Assembly (NCBI GenBank): GCA_963555755.3
Contig: OY820905.2
Span: forward strand, 448,001 to 512,000
DNA from: Nitrospirales bacterium
GTDB taxonomy: Bacteria > Nitrospirota > Nitrospiria > Nitrospirales > UBA8639
Length of the DNA: 64,000 bases
Reading direction: 5' to 3'
Shown here: piece by piece, positions 53,955 to 64,000 of the stretch
Layout of the letters: each line of letters opens with the position of its first letter
Position numbering within the stretch: position 1 is the stretch's first letter
Made by a program: the position numbers and the translations under genes
Notes under the pieces: generated by a model
Told to the model about the DNA's origin: nothing
The model's database searches: none
Seen by the model: the letters and a program-made list of their open reading frames with translations, nothing else

Positions 53955-55457
53955 TTATGACATTGAAACCACATCTGCGAGATGTTTGGCATTGTCGATT
54001 TTCTGCCAAAGTCGCGTGATGTGGGCAGGATCAAAGAGGTCAGACATATCTAATTGTTGCGGTTGAGTCAAACTTTTGAGGTGAATGCGCTCCCATTGGA
54101 CCGATTGAATTTCATGCCGGAATTTCTTGACGCATAACCCGCGAATGCTGGCTCGGGTCGTCGTGGGGCCCTGCTGAATGGCTGTTCGAATTTCGTCCTC
54201 GGCGCAAAGCCGGTAAGCTTTTCCTTCTTGTTCAAGCCCTAAATACAGCCCCCGCTCAGTGTTGACATTATGATACTCAAGGTCAAGGCTAGCCAACCAC
54301 GGATCAGTCCACTCCAACCGTTCCTCCTGGGCAAACGATTCCAGCAACCATTGCTTGGTGACCCAGTCTATGCGTCCGATTAATTCGGCACGATTGTGTT
54401 CCAGTTGGGCGAGGGTCGTTTCCCAATTCGTGAGAATCCAATCACTGTCCTCATTGACTCCTGCGAATGCGCGGTTGGCTGCGGAAAGATACGCCTTCTG
54501 GATTTCCAATCCTGCGATCGCTTTGCCTGACTTCAAGGGAATGGTAGCTTTCAAGTCTGGATCGCGTGAAATCGTTTTAATGGCCAAAACGGAATCCGCT
54601 AATTTAAATTGAGGCGCAGCGTTTTTAGCAATAAGGTCGAGCACGAGTTGTGTTGTCCCAACTTTGAGTGCCGTGGCAAATTCACACATATTGGCATCAC
54701 CGACGATCAGATGAAGCCGGCGATATTTTTGTCGATTCGCATGCGGTTCATCGCGCGTATTAAGGATGGGCCGGTTGTGCATGGTATCTACGCTCAACTC
54801 GGTTTCCATGAAGTCTGCACGTTGAGAGAGTTGAAACACGCCAGGCTGATACGAACTGTCCTGTGCTTCGATTCCGAGTTTTCCCGCGCCAGAAAATAAT
54901 TGGCGAGTGATGAGGAAGGGGATGAGGCCGTCGGTTAATTGATCAAAAGGAAGCGTTCTCGAAATCAAATAATTGTCATGACATCCGTAACTGTGTCCAT
55001 GAAAATCCGTATTGTTTTTATAGAGTTGAACCGCTGGTGATCCAAGTGTGGCGTTTCGGGTATTCGCGGCATGTTGAATGATTCGTTCACCGGCACGATC
55101 ATGAGCAATAAGTTCATGCAATGTGGAACATTCTGGCGTGGAATATTCCGGGTGCGTGTGATCGTTATAAAACCGCGCACCGTTTGATAGCACAAGGTCG
55201 CTTTTCATTTCATAAAACGAAAAGGGCCGATTTGCATCCAGGGTAGCAAATTGTTCTTCTTCCACATCCTGTTGGAGGCCTTTGACTCGGAAGCCGCGTT
55301 GATCTTTGTGCGGGTCCTCACCTTGATAATCCCAGGTCTGTTCAAATTTGTCGGATAAATAGGCGCGAACCAGCTCCATGGATTCGACAACGGGATCGGA
55401 CTGCTCTTGATCTTCCCGGATAATGCCGTACTCAGTTTCAATGCCAAACAGTCTCAT
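53955..55457 (-). CDS. dop: Depupylase/deamidase Dop family protein
   Basis: FGIETEYGI, NGARFYNDHTHPEYSTPEC, SYGCHDNY, RPILNTRDEPHA and RRLHLIVGDANM motifs. Confidence 0.88.
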   Translation of the reverse strand: MRLFGIETEYGIIREDQEQSDPVVESMELVRAYLSDKFEQTWDYQGEDPHKDQRGFRVKGLQQDVEEEQFATLDANRPFSFYEMKSDLVLSNGARFYNDHTHPEYSTPECSTLHELIAHDRAGERIIQHAANTRNATLGSPAVQLYKNNTDFHGHSYGCHDNYLISRTLPFDQLTDGLIPFLITRQLFSGAGKLGIEAQDSSYQPGVFQLSQRADFMETELSVDTMHNRPILNTRDEPHANRQKYRRLHLIVGDANMCEFATALKVGTTQLVLDLIAKNAAPQFKLADSVLAIKTISRDPDLKATIPLKSGKAIAGLEIQKAYLSAANRAFAGVNEDSDWILTNWETTLAQLEHNRAELIGRIDWVTKQWLLESFAQEERLEWTDPWLASLDLEYHNVNTERGLYLGLEQEGKAYRLCAEDEIRTAIQQGPTTTRASIRGLCVKKFRHEIQSVQWERIHLKSLTQPQQLDMSDLFDPAHITRLWQKIDNAKHLADVVSMS

Positions 55458-55482
55458 GATAGTTGGAGGAAATGTTTTGAAA

Positions 55483-57219
55483 CTAAATAATAGTGCGCGT
55501 GAGCCATTCTTCGGTTCTTCGGCCTTTTCGGAATGACGAGACACCCACGACTTGATCCGGATGATGATCAAGCAGTTTCAGCCATTCTTCCGCTGAATCA
55601 TCAGGGGGAAGAATTTCGCCGTCGCGAAATTCGTCGCTAATGGACTGGATGACATCCTCTAAGGTCAGGCCATGAGCATCATCGTTGATGGTGCGTTCAA
55701 TGGCTCGTTCTTTGGCCCTTTGAGCGAGGGATGCCAAAATGGCTCCACTGAGCAGATCGCTTCGGTAGAGGGTTTCGTTCTTACCATTTCGTAATCGAAT
55801 GCTGAGAACACGATTGTCATCAGATTTTTTAAACAAGGAGTCGATGGTTTCCTGGATGAGCGCGTTGCACGCGGTTTCCGCATCGTTGGCATGTGCGGCC
55901 AAAAGATCCTCAGAAAAAGGCAGCGCAGGTGTCAGGTAAATCCGAAGAATGTCCTGAGCTTCCTGTCGGGCTGGCCGTTCGACTTTAATTTTTCGATCAA
56001 TACGTCCTGGTCGAAGGACGGCGGGGTCGATTAAATCCGGGCGATTGGATGCCACGATGACTACCACATCTTGAAGAGAATCCACGCCATCCAGTTCAGC
56101 ACAAAACATGGGGACGAGCGTATTGGCAATGTTGTACGACCGCACAGCTCGCCGAGTGCCTAAAATGGATTCCGCTTCATCAATGAACAAGAAGGGGAGT
56201 AGGCCTTCTTTTCGTCGTTCGCGGGCCTGAGTAAAGAGGTCACGAATAATGCGTTCGGATTCACCCACCCACATATTCAAGACTTCCGGGCCTTTGACAT
56301 GAAGAAAGGCCCCGCCGGTGATAGGGGGAAGTTGACTCGTGGCGGAATCCTCTGAAGTAACAGCCGCTTGGTGTTGAGACACAAGATTAGCCAGGCTTGC
56401 GGCCGTGGCTTTCCCAATCAGCGTTTTGCCACAACCCGGTGGCCCGTATAAAAGAAACCCCTTGGGTTGCGTAAATTGATACGCCTCAAACGTCTTGGCA
56501 TGCAGCAGAGGATATTCAATGGCTCGGCGAATAGCCTCAATGGCCTTCTGTTGCCCACCGATTTGTTCCCAGGTGACGTTGGGTGTTTCATCGAGCATAT
56601 GCTTGGTGTTTTGGGTGCTCTCGATTCGTTCGATCCCTAATCGCTGCGTGGGATCGAGTCTAAGCTCATCGCCAGGCTTTAACGAAATATCTTTGAGAAC
56701 ATGGCTTAGGTCAATAAGTTGCCCAGGTCGCCCGGCTTCAGAATCGAGGCGAACCCGACCATCTGTGAGCAGTTCTTTGATTTTGACAATCGGACCGCTC
56801 CGATCAAATCCCAACGTGCCAATGAGGGCGTAGGCTTCATTCACTAAAATTTGCGCGCCAATCTCGAGTTCATCTGGATTTAGTTGAGGGTCAATATTGG
56901 CATAGAACTCACTGCCCCCCACGGAAATACGAGCGACCCCCTCAGTAGGTTTATCAAGTAGGGTGCCAATGCGGTTTGCAGGTGCCGTGAGTTTCTCCAC
57001 GACGCTTTGCAGTTTTTTTATTTCGGCTTCCCGTTGTTGTTGCGACACGCCTTCCTGCAACAGTTGATGCTGAATTTTATAGAGCAACTTTTGCTGGGGT
57101 GCGTCATCTGGAAGCGTGGCTAAGCATTCATCAATGAGAACGAGAGGGTCTGTCTTGGTCGGCTGTTCCCCCCCTGACCCCGTATCCTCTGGTATGTGAG
57201 ATGGCATTCGATCACTCAT
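55483..57219 (-). CDS. arc: Proteasome-associated AAA ATPase (ARC/Mpa)
   Basis: N-terminal coiled coil and OB domains; GPPGCGKT, FIDEAE and SNRPDLIDPAVLRPGRIDRKI motifs. Confidence 0.9.
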   Translation of the reverse strand: MSDRMPSHIPEDTGSGGEQPTKTDPLVLIDECLATLPDDAPQQKLLYKIQHQLLQEGVSQQQREAEIKKLQSVVEKLTAPANRIGTLLDKPTEGVARISVGGSEFYANIDPQLNPDELEIGAQILVNEAYALIGTLGFDRSGPIVKIKELLTDGRVRLDSEAGRPGQLIDLSHVLKDISLKPGDELRLDPTQRLGIERIESTQNTKHMLDETPNVTWEQIGGQQKAIEAIRRAIEYPLLHAKTFEAYQFTQPKGFLLYGPPGCGKTLIGKATAASLANLVSQHQAAVTSEDSATSQLPPITGGAFLHVKGPEVLNMWVGESERIIRDLFTQARERRKEGLLPFLFIDEAESILGTRRAVRSYNIANTLVPMFCAELDGVDSLQDVVVIVASNRPDLIDPAVLRPGRIDRKIKVERPARQEAQDILRIYLTPALPFSEDLLAAHANDAETACNALIQETIDSLFKKSDDNRVLSIRLRNGKNETLYRSDLLSGAILASLAQRAKERAIERTINDDAHGLTLEDVIQSISDEFRDGEILPPDDSAEEWLKLLDHHPDQVVGVSSFRKGRRTEEWLTRTII

Positions 57220-57589
57220 CGCGTCTTACTTCCGGTTTATATTTAAGAGTTCCCCTACCTCATGGTCCTTACTATTCTTTATTGTACCTATCCATTCCCT
57301 TAACGCTACAAGAAATTTCTTGAAAAATGAAGTAGGATTGCTAAAAGGGTACCACCTTATGAAACGATAACACAAAAACTTTGGCCGAATGGAACTTGGC
57401 TTCACCCATAGCTCGTTGCCTGTTAATTCATCCAATAGTGAATAATGGTACGGTTTTAAGGTGAGGAGCCCGATAAATCGGGCAAATACAGTACACTTCA
57501 CACATGGTATCTTATGATCACAGGCAGGTGGGGATGCGAGGCTGTGCGTGTAGGCTAACGAAAGAAATCGTGCCCAATGCTCGGTTAAA

Positions 57590-58879
57590 TTAGGCCGACT
57601 TCCGGATTAATTGAGGGGTGGTTTCTCCTCGAATCACTCTATCGGTGATGACGACCTCTTGAATCCCTTCCAACGCTGGTGTGTCATACATCAAATCAAG
57701 CATCTTCTCTTCCAGAATACTTCGTAACGCGCGGGCACCGGTTTTCAATGTAGCGGCTTTATGAGCAATGGTCTGAATCGCTTCGTCCGTAAAAACCAGG
57801 TCGATCCCATCGAGTTCAAACAATGCCCGATACTGTTTGGCTAGTGCATTTTTTGGTTCGGTCAGCACTCGTACCAAATCCGACTCACTCAAGTCCCTGA
57901 GTGTTGTCATAATGGGAAACCGTCCGACGAATTCAGGGATCAATCCGTACTTCAGCAAATCTTCCGGTTGAACAAGAGGGAGCAATTCACTGGCATGTGA
58001 TTGGGTTTGCGCTTCAGGGTTGGCGCCAAACCCAAGCCGTTTATGACTGGTGCGTTGGGCAATGATTTGATCCAAGCCCACAAACGCTCCACCACAAATG
58101 AACAAGATGTTCTTAGTATTGATCTTAATGTATTCTTGATCGGGATGCTTTCGCCCGCCTTTGGGAGGAATATTGCACGTGGTCCCCTCCACGAGTTTGA
58201 GCAAAGCTTGTTGCACACCTTCACCCGAAACATCACGAGTAATCGAGGCGCTTTCGGACTTGCGACTGATCTTATCGATCTCGTCAATGTAGATGATTCC
58301 GGTTTCGGCTCGTTTGGCATCAAAGTCACAGGATTGCAGGAGCTTGAGCACGACGTTTTCGACGTCTTCACCCACGTACCCGGCTTCAGTGACCGTCGTC
58401 GCATCGGCAATGGCAAACGGCACTTGGAGCATACGGGCAAGGGTTTGCGCCAATAAGGTTTTCCCGGTTCCCGTCGGACCAATGAGTAGGACATTACCTT
58501 TTTCTAACTCGACGTCTTTGATTTCCTTCCCACTGAACACGCGTTTGTAGTGATTATGCACGGCAACAGCCAGGACTTTTTTCGCTTGCTCTTGTCCAAT
58601 AACATATTGATCGAGAACGGCTTTAATATCGGGTGGCCGGAGCAGTTTAAAATCTTGAGGAGGCGATAGGACTTCCAAAGGTTTGGGAGCATGTTCCGCC
58701 AGAAAACGCCCACAGAGTTGAACGCATTCGTTACAGATTAACAGGGTGGTATCATTGCGACACGTTCCACAGGTGTATTTCGAGGGGCTTTGAATAAATC
58801 CGGAAACGGCATTTTGCGCCTTCCCGCAAAAAGAACACATTGGTTCAGAGGTCCCGTGTTTCGAATCCCAAAACGGCAT
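57590..58879 (-). CDS. clpX: ATP-dependent Clp protease ATP-binding subunit ClpX
   Basis: CSFCGK...ICNEC zinc finger; [28 protein letters not shown] and RKHP motifs; LGF loop. Confidence 0.95.
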   Translation of the reverse strand: MPFWDSKHGTSEPMCSFCGKAQNAVSGFIQSPSKYTCGTCRNDTTLLICNECVQLCGRFLAEHAPKPLEVLSPPQDFKLLRPPDIKAVLDQYVIGQEQAKKVLAVAVHNHYKRVFSGKEIKDVELEKGNVLLIGPTGTGKTLLAQTLARMLQVPFAIADATTVTEAGYVGEDVENVVLKLLQSCDFDAKRAETGIIYIDEIDKISRKSESASITRDVSGEGVQQALLKLVEGTTCNIPPKGGRKHPDQEYIKINTKNILFICGGAFVGLDQIIAQRTSHKRLGFGANPEAQTQSHASELLPLVQPEDLLKYGLIPEFVGRFPIMTTLRDLSESDLVRVLTEPKNALAKQYRALFELDGIDLVFTDEAIQTIAHKAATLKTGARALRSILEEKMLDLMYDTPALEGIQEVVITDRVIRGETTPQLIRKSA

Positions 58880-59097
58880 GGATTACTTCCTTGGTTGAAG
58901 CCAATAAACGTTCAGTTAATGTGAATGTGGGCAATACGAATTCACTACGTAATCAACCTGAATTCATCATAGCCTGAAGATGGGCGTATTTCAAATAGAA
59001 AGGTAACAGACTATCACTCGTCCCTGATTGGCCGATTCTTTTGACCAATTTACGGAGAAGATGGTAGATAGGTTTCAGGTAAATCATAATTGATCTT

Positions 59098-60897
59098 TTG
59101 AGTATTGGGTATTTCGTGCAAGATATCTCTCCCACTCTTTCCTCGATTCTTCAACAACCAGGCAATTTGGCTTTATCAGGCAATCTTACCTTTGCATCAG
59201 AGACAGGCATTGCCCATGTTTCACTGCGCCGACAACAGAGTGGACATTGTGTTGTCTATGGCCCACACGGACGACGAATTCTTTTGACAGACCCAGATGG
59301 CAACCCACTTCATGAATGCGAATGGGCACAGTCTTCGGATGGTAGTATTCGTTTTGTGTCGGCTCGACTGTTCCTTGATTGGAATCAGTGGGTAGGGATC
59401 AAACCTTCCGGGCTGATCAACACCATGACCATGGACCTCTCCACCCGACCTGGTTGGCAATCGCTGACCCGCCAGGATTTACGCCACATGGCCTCAAAGG
59501 CGATGGGTGTGACACTAGGGGAAGTAGAGTTTTTCTATACCGACGCTGATTTGCTCATCGAGCCATCTGGACAGGCCACGATCCAACAGCGAAAGGATGC
59601 ATTGTATATTTTGGATGATGGCACGTTTTATCATGCACGTTTTATGTCCTGCATGAGTGCCATGCACTGGGAGGCAATAGATTATCTTCCGGTCGTTGAG
59701 CTTTTTAAATCGTTGTTGCCGGGAACGGGGAGTGCGACCTTCGAATTAATTCGTGGGCTCTATGATGACCAAAATCCTCACAGCCCGAGACCACTTCAGT
59801 ATCGCGGCATCCCAACCTATCCCTCTCAAGCAGCTTTTGGTCTGTTCAGTAATTTTTTCACTGCTTCATACTCGGGACACGAAAGTCCTTTTTCAATATT
59901 TATGGATACACCGCGTTCTCATGAAGTATCGTGGTTGCCGAATGCGGACCCGCCGGTTCGCTATATTGATTCCCCGCACAATGTGTGTTTGACGATTAAG
60001 CAAGGAAAAATTCAGAAAGCCACACTGACGACAGATTCGACAGGTCTGCCATTCTCCACTCCTAATTCACAAGGGTTTGCCCCTTGTGCCCGAACATTGG
60101 CCATACAAAACAATCAACTGATACTTCAGGATTACACATCGACGGAAACTTTTCCGGTGAGTTCGAATTGGGGTGTAATCTCTGATCAAGGTGAGGCCTT
60201 AGCTCCTCAATTATCAACGGCTTCGGATTGGAGAAATCTTTTCCCTGAGGGGGTACCTGCCATAACACCCCAAGAAGCATTTTCCGCAGTGCTTCTGTAT
60301 CAAAAAGATGAGTCGGTGATTGAGGAATATGCAAGCCAACCCTTTGTGGCGGATTTCCTTGATGACCTGTTCGAACAAGATGCTCGCCTTGCCCACCAAA
60401 AAGCCGAGGCCAAGCACCTCATGATCCACGGTTTTGATGCGAGTATTGGGACCTGTTTAGTACTCGACCATCCACGATCCCACACCATATTTTTCACCCA
60501 TGCGGCGTTGGCACAAAAACAGGCACAGTTGTTGTGGAATCAACTGGCTCGAAGCAATCGGTTGGATTGGCTCCCATCGTTTCGCTTTTGTCCTGCCGCG
60601 TCTGCTGGAAATGAAGGAACCTATGATTGGCTCTATCGATGGATCTCCTTTGCCGAATATGGCCAAGATCAAACCCTAGAACACAAAATCCGGGAAATCT
60701 TAGTAACCTTGGCCCCACGGGGTGTGGCCTTTGTTGCCGGTCCCGAATCCATTCCTGCCCTCGTAGCGAATCATCCTGTCCAAATTCTCTTTGGTGAGAA
60801 ATGCTCTGACCTTCAACCCTTTCACATGCATCGATCCATTTTACCGAAATCCCACCTCAATCCGCGTCTCCATATTTGGTGTCTGCAGAAAATCTAA
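59098..60897 (+). CDS. Large hypothetical protein; start uncertain
   Basis: 599-codon open frame with no recognised motif. Confidence 0.75.
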   Translation: MSIGYFVQDISPTLSSILQQPGNLALSGNLTFASETGIAHVSLRRQQSGHCVVYGPHGRRILLTDPDGNPLHECEWAQSSDGSIRFVSARLFLDWNQWVGIKPSGLINTMTMDLSTRPGWQSLTRQDLRHMASKAMGVTLGEVEFFYTDADLLIEPSGQATIQQRKDALYILDDGTFYHARFMSCMSAMHWEAIDYLPVVELFKSLLPGTGSATFELIRGLYDDQNPHSPRPLQYRGIPTYPSQAAFGLFSNFFTASYSGHESPFSIFMDTPRSHEVSWLPNADPPVRYIDSPHNVCLTIKQGKIQKATLTTDSTGLPFSTPNSQGFAPCARTLAIQNNQLILQDYTSTETFPVSSNWGVISDQGEALAPQLSTASDWRNLFPEGVPAITPQEAFSAVLLYQKDESVIEEYASQPFVADFLDDLFEQDARLAHQKAEAKHLMIHGFDASIGTCLVLDHPRSHTIFFTHAALAQKQAQLLWNQLARSNRLDWLPSFRFCPAASAGNEGTYDWLYRWISFAEYGQDQTLEHKIREILVTLAPRGVAFVAGPESIPALVANHPVQILFGEKCSDLQPFHMHRSILPKSHLNPRLHIWCLQKI

Positions 60898-61000
60898 ATG
60901 GTTGGCTGTCCACAATTTTTTTACGGGTGTGGTTGAGTAATAATAACATTTAAAAATGGAGTACAATTGTGACTTATTTCATGAAACGCAAAGAGCCATA

Positions 61001-61257
61001 GGGAATATTCAAAAAGGTGCGCTCAGCAAGGCCGCAGGCGCTTTGGCGCGCGGAGCGTACGGGTGAGTACGTGAGCACGACAAAGGGCCGAGAACGCCGC
61101 TGACGCCCTTTTTCAACAGCCCAAAAAGAGCATTGGGGAATGTTCAAAAAGGTGCGCTCAGCAAGGCCGCAGGCGCTTTGGCGCGCGGAGCGTACTCATA
61201 GTACGTGAGCACGACAAAGGGCCGAGAACGCCGCTGACGCCCTTTTTCAACATTCCC
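61001..61257. repeat. Two more family-A palindromic units
   Basis: About 61001-61122 and 61136-61257, near-identical to the units at 5977-6443. A deleted relic lies at about 61426-61474. Confidence 0.9.
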
Positions 61258-61267
61258 CTAAGGAATC

Positions 61268-61296
61268 TTGACTTGGTCCGTTGGACCACGTAGGAT
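61268..61296 (+). promoter_or_regulatory. Putative sigma70 promoter of the pyr operon
   Basis: TTGACT-17bp-TAGGAT. Confidence 0.6.
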
Positions 61297-61302
61297 GAGG
61301 CT

Positions 61303-61337
61303 GCCTTTAATGTCCCATCCTGTGAGGTGGGAAAGGA
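61303..61337 (+). promoter_or_regulatory. PyrR-binding hairpin (anti-antiterminator)
   Basis: CCTTTAA...ATCCTGTGAGGT...AAAGG resembles the PyrR-site consensus UUUAA / ARUCCNGNGAGGYU; upstream of pyrR. Confidence 0.7.
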
Positions 61338-61383
61338 GACAAACATGAATAACTCGGGGTTATTTCACCCCTTACATTTCTAG

Positions 61384-61418
61384 CCTTTCTCTCGATTCGA
61401 GGGGAAGGTTTTTTTTTG
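61384..61418 (+). terminator. Intrinsic terminator (attenuator) in the pyr leader
   Basis: CCTTTCTCTCGA-T-TCGAGGGGAAGG followed by a long T tract. Confidence 0.75.
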
Positions 61419-61423
61419 CCTAG

Positions 61424-62047
<624 letters not shown>

Positions 62048-62051
62048 CATC

Positions 62052-62972
62052 ATGAGCCTTAAACGTAAAGACCTCTTGAGTATCGCTTCATTGTCGCCAG
62101 AAGAAATTGGGTTCCTCTTGGAAGCCTCTGAGCCATTCAAGGAGGTAAGTGGGCGGGAAATCAAAAAGGTTCCAGCACTCCGCGGAAAAACCGTGGTGAA
62201 CTTGTTTTTTGAACCGAGCACTCGCACACGAACATCCTTCGAGCTGGCGGCCAAACGTCTCAGCGCAGACGTGATTAACTTTTCGCCTGAGTCAAGTAGT
62301 GTGGTGAAAGGGGAGACGCTTCTCGATACAGCTCGGAATATCGAGGCGATGCAGGCAGACATTATTGTTCTGCGACATTCGTCGGCGGGGTCCGCAGAAG
62401 TCCTCGCTAAAAATGTACGGTCGTCGGTGATTAATGCTGGTGATGGCTGGCACGAACATCCGACGCAAGCACTGCTGGACCTTTTTACGATCAAAGAAAA
62501 GAAGGGACAGTTGAACAATTTAAACGTAGCCATCGTCGGTGATGTAGCTCATAGCCGTGTGGCTCGCTCCAATATTCATGCGTTGACCAAAATGGGAGCT
62601 GAAGTTCGAATCGTCGGTCCCCTCACGATGATTCCTCCGTTTATTCAACGGATGGGGGTCAAGGTCTTTTCGAATTTTGATGAAGCCTTGCCTGGGGTGG
62701 ATGTCATTATCATGCTGCGGCTGCAACTCGAACGCCAGGGGCGTTCCTTGTTCCCGTCGATCCGCGAATATGCCAAGCTGTATGGTCTCACCACGGAACG
62801 TGTTCACCGTACAGGCACCGATGTCCTCGTCATGCACCCAGGTCCCATCAATCGAGGCGTGGAAATTTCGCATGAAGTTGCGGATAGCTGCCAAGCGGCG
62901 ATTTTGGACCAAGTATCAAACGGAGTCGCGGTACGGATGGGCCTGATGTATCTGTTGTCGCAATTGCAATAA
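62052..62972 (+). CDS. pyrB: Aspartate carbamoyltransferase catalytic subunit
   Basis: FFEPSTRTR.SFE, NAGDG..EHPTQ, RLQ.ER and HPGPINRG motifs. Confidence 0.97.
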   Translation: MSLKRKDLLSIASLSPEEIGFLLEASEPFKEVSGREIKKVPALRGKTVVNLFFEPSTRTRTSFELAAKRLSADVINFSPESSSVVKGETLLDTARNIEAMQADIIVLRHSSAGSAEVLAKNVRSSVINAGDGWHEHPTQALLDLFTIKEKKGQLNNLNVAIVGDVAHSRVARSNIHALTKMGAEVRIVGPLTMIPPFIQRMGVKVFSNFDEALPGVDVIIMLRLQLERQGRSLFPSIREYAKLYGLTTERVHRTGTDVLVMHPGPINRGVEISHEVADSCQAAILDQVSNGVAVRMGLMYLLSQLQ

Positions 62973-62979
62973 AAATTAG

Positions 62980-63103
62980 TAACTACTCAGGTGGATAGAC
63001 TGAAGGCCGAAGGCTTTTAGGGGGAAAGCATACATGATCATACAAAAAGTCAGTCAATATGAGTGATAGCCTTCAACCTTCAACCTAAATACCTGAGCAG
63101 TTA
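62980..63103. repeat. Family D palindromic element, copy 2
   Basis: CTCAGGTGG.TAG.CTGAAGGCCGAAGGCTTTTAGGG is shared with the 14179 copy; inverted end ACCTGAG. Confidence 0.75.
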
Positions 63104-63145
63104 TGAAAAATATTCTGGTCATCGAGAAGGACAGGCACTAATAAC

Positions 63146-64000
63146 ATGAGGACTCTCATCAAGGGTGGGCAGGTCATCGATCCTGGCCGCATGAACACAA
63201 TCGCCGATGTGTTGATTGAAGATGGTAAAATCCAAGCGATCGATGTCAATCTTCAAGGAACACTAAAAAATCCTGAATCGGTCACGATCATCGATGCCCA
63301 AGGCTTCATCGTGTGTCCGGGTTTCATTGACCTCCATGTTCACTTTCGTGAGCCCGGCTTCGAATATAAGGAAACCATTGCCACCGGCGTAGCTTCTGCC
63401 GTAGCTGGTGGATTTACAACGGTGTGTTGTATGCCAAACACTAGTCCGGTCAATGACTCGCAATCAATCACGGAATTCATTTTTCGACAGGCCAAAATCG
63501 CGGACAAAGCGCGGGTCTTTCCCATTGGCGCGATTACGAAAGGGTCAAAAGGCGAAGAACTGGCTGAGATTGGTGAATTGCACGATGCCGGGTGCGTTGC
63601 AATTTCTGACGATGGCATTCCGGTCATGAATACGTTAGTGATGCGACGTGCCATGGAATACGCGCGAACATTTGATCTTCCCGTGATCGATCATTGCGAA
63701 GATATGTTTCTCTCAACCGGTGGCAGCATGAATGAGGGATTTGTCTCGACGGAACTTGGTATTCCCGGAATCCCGAATGCCGCTGAAGAAGTCATGGTCG
63801 CGCGAAATATCTTTTTAGCGGAGTTGACGCAATCGCGTTTACATCTTCCACACGTGAGCACGATCGGATCGGTCCGGTTGTTACGAGATGCCAAGGAACG
63901 TGGCCTCTTGGTCACGGCAGAAGCCTGTCCACACCATTTCACCTTAACGGATGAGGCGGTGCGCTCATTTGATACGCATGCCAAAATGAATCCGCCTTTG
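63146..64000 (+). CDS. pyrC: Dihydroorotase, runs off the window end (absent from the ORF track)
   Basis: Manual translation MRTLIKGGQVIDPG...PGFIDLHVHFREPGFEYKETI...AVAGGFTTVCCMPNT...KMNPPL. Confidence 0.95.
   Translation, partial: MRTLIKGGQVIDPGRMNTIADVLIEDGKIQAIDVNLQGTLKNPESVTIIDAQGFIVCPGFIDLHVHFREPGFEYKETIATGVASAVAGGFTTVCCMPNTSPVNDSQSITEFIFRQAKIADKARVFPIGAITKGSKGEELAEIGELHDAGCVAISDDGIPVMNTLVMRRAMEYARTFDLPVIDHCEDMFLSTGGSMNEGFVSTELGIPGIPNAAEEVMVARNIFLAELTQSRLHLPHVSTIGSVRLLRDAKERGLLVTAEACPHHFTLTDEAVRSFDTHAKMNPPL

Noticed and set aside
53684..54034. 116-aa version of UBact, or a classical Pup
   Set aside because: The longer start overlaps dop and the RBS supports 53920. The C-terminus RTGE is UBact-type, not GGE/GGQ.

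Overview
Bacterial chromosomal window. Gene content (UBact-type proteasome locus, NHL/FN3, IPT/TIG and YCF48-like proteins) suggests a Nitrospirota genome; this is inference only. Core blocks: grpE-dnaK-dnaJ-rsmE; valS-nadC-birA-coaX; guaB-guaA-pseudouridine synthase-aspS; a complete arc-dop-UBact-prcB-prcA-pafA proteasome locus next to a stand-alone clpX; and pyrR-pyrB-pyrC with a PyrR-type attenuator. Also present is a CCAEP-tail B12-type radical SAM plus ATP-grasp gene pair. Three IS-rich zones interrupt the core: about 9.5-13.4 kb, 23.9-27.2 kb and 39.6-50.5 kb. They hold IS30, IS3, IS91, ISAs1, IS21, IS6 and Tn3 relics, a RAYT transposase and several families of short palindromic MITE-like repeats. 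The most striking feature missing from the ORF track is an 802-nt ORF-less group II intron (43207-44008), inserted precisely into an IS3 transposase gene with matching EBS/IBS sequences. No rRNA, tRNA or CRISPR array was recognised. All calls were made by eye, without database searches.
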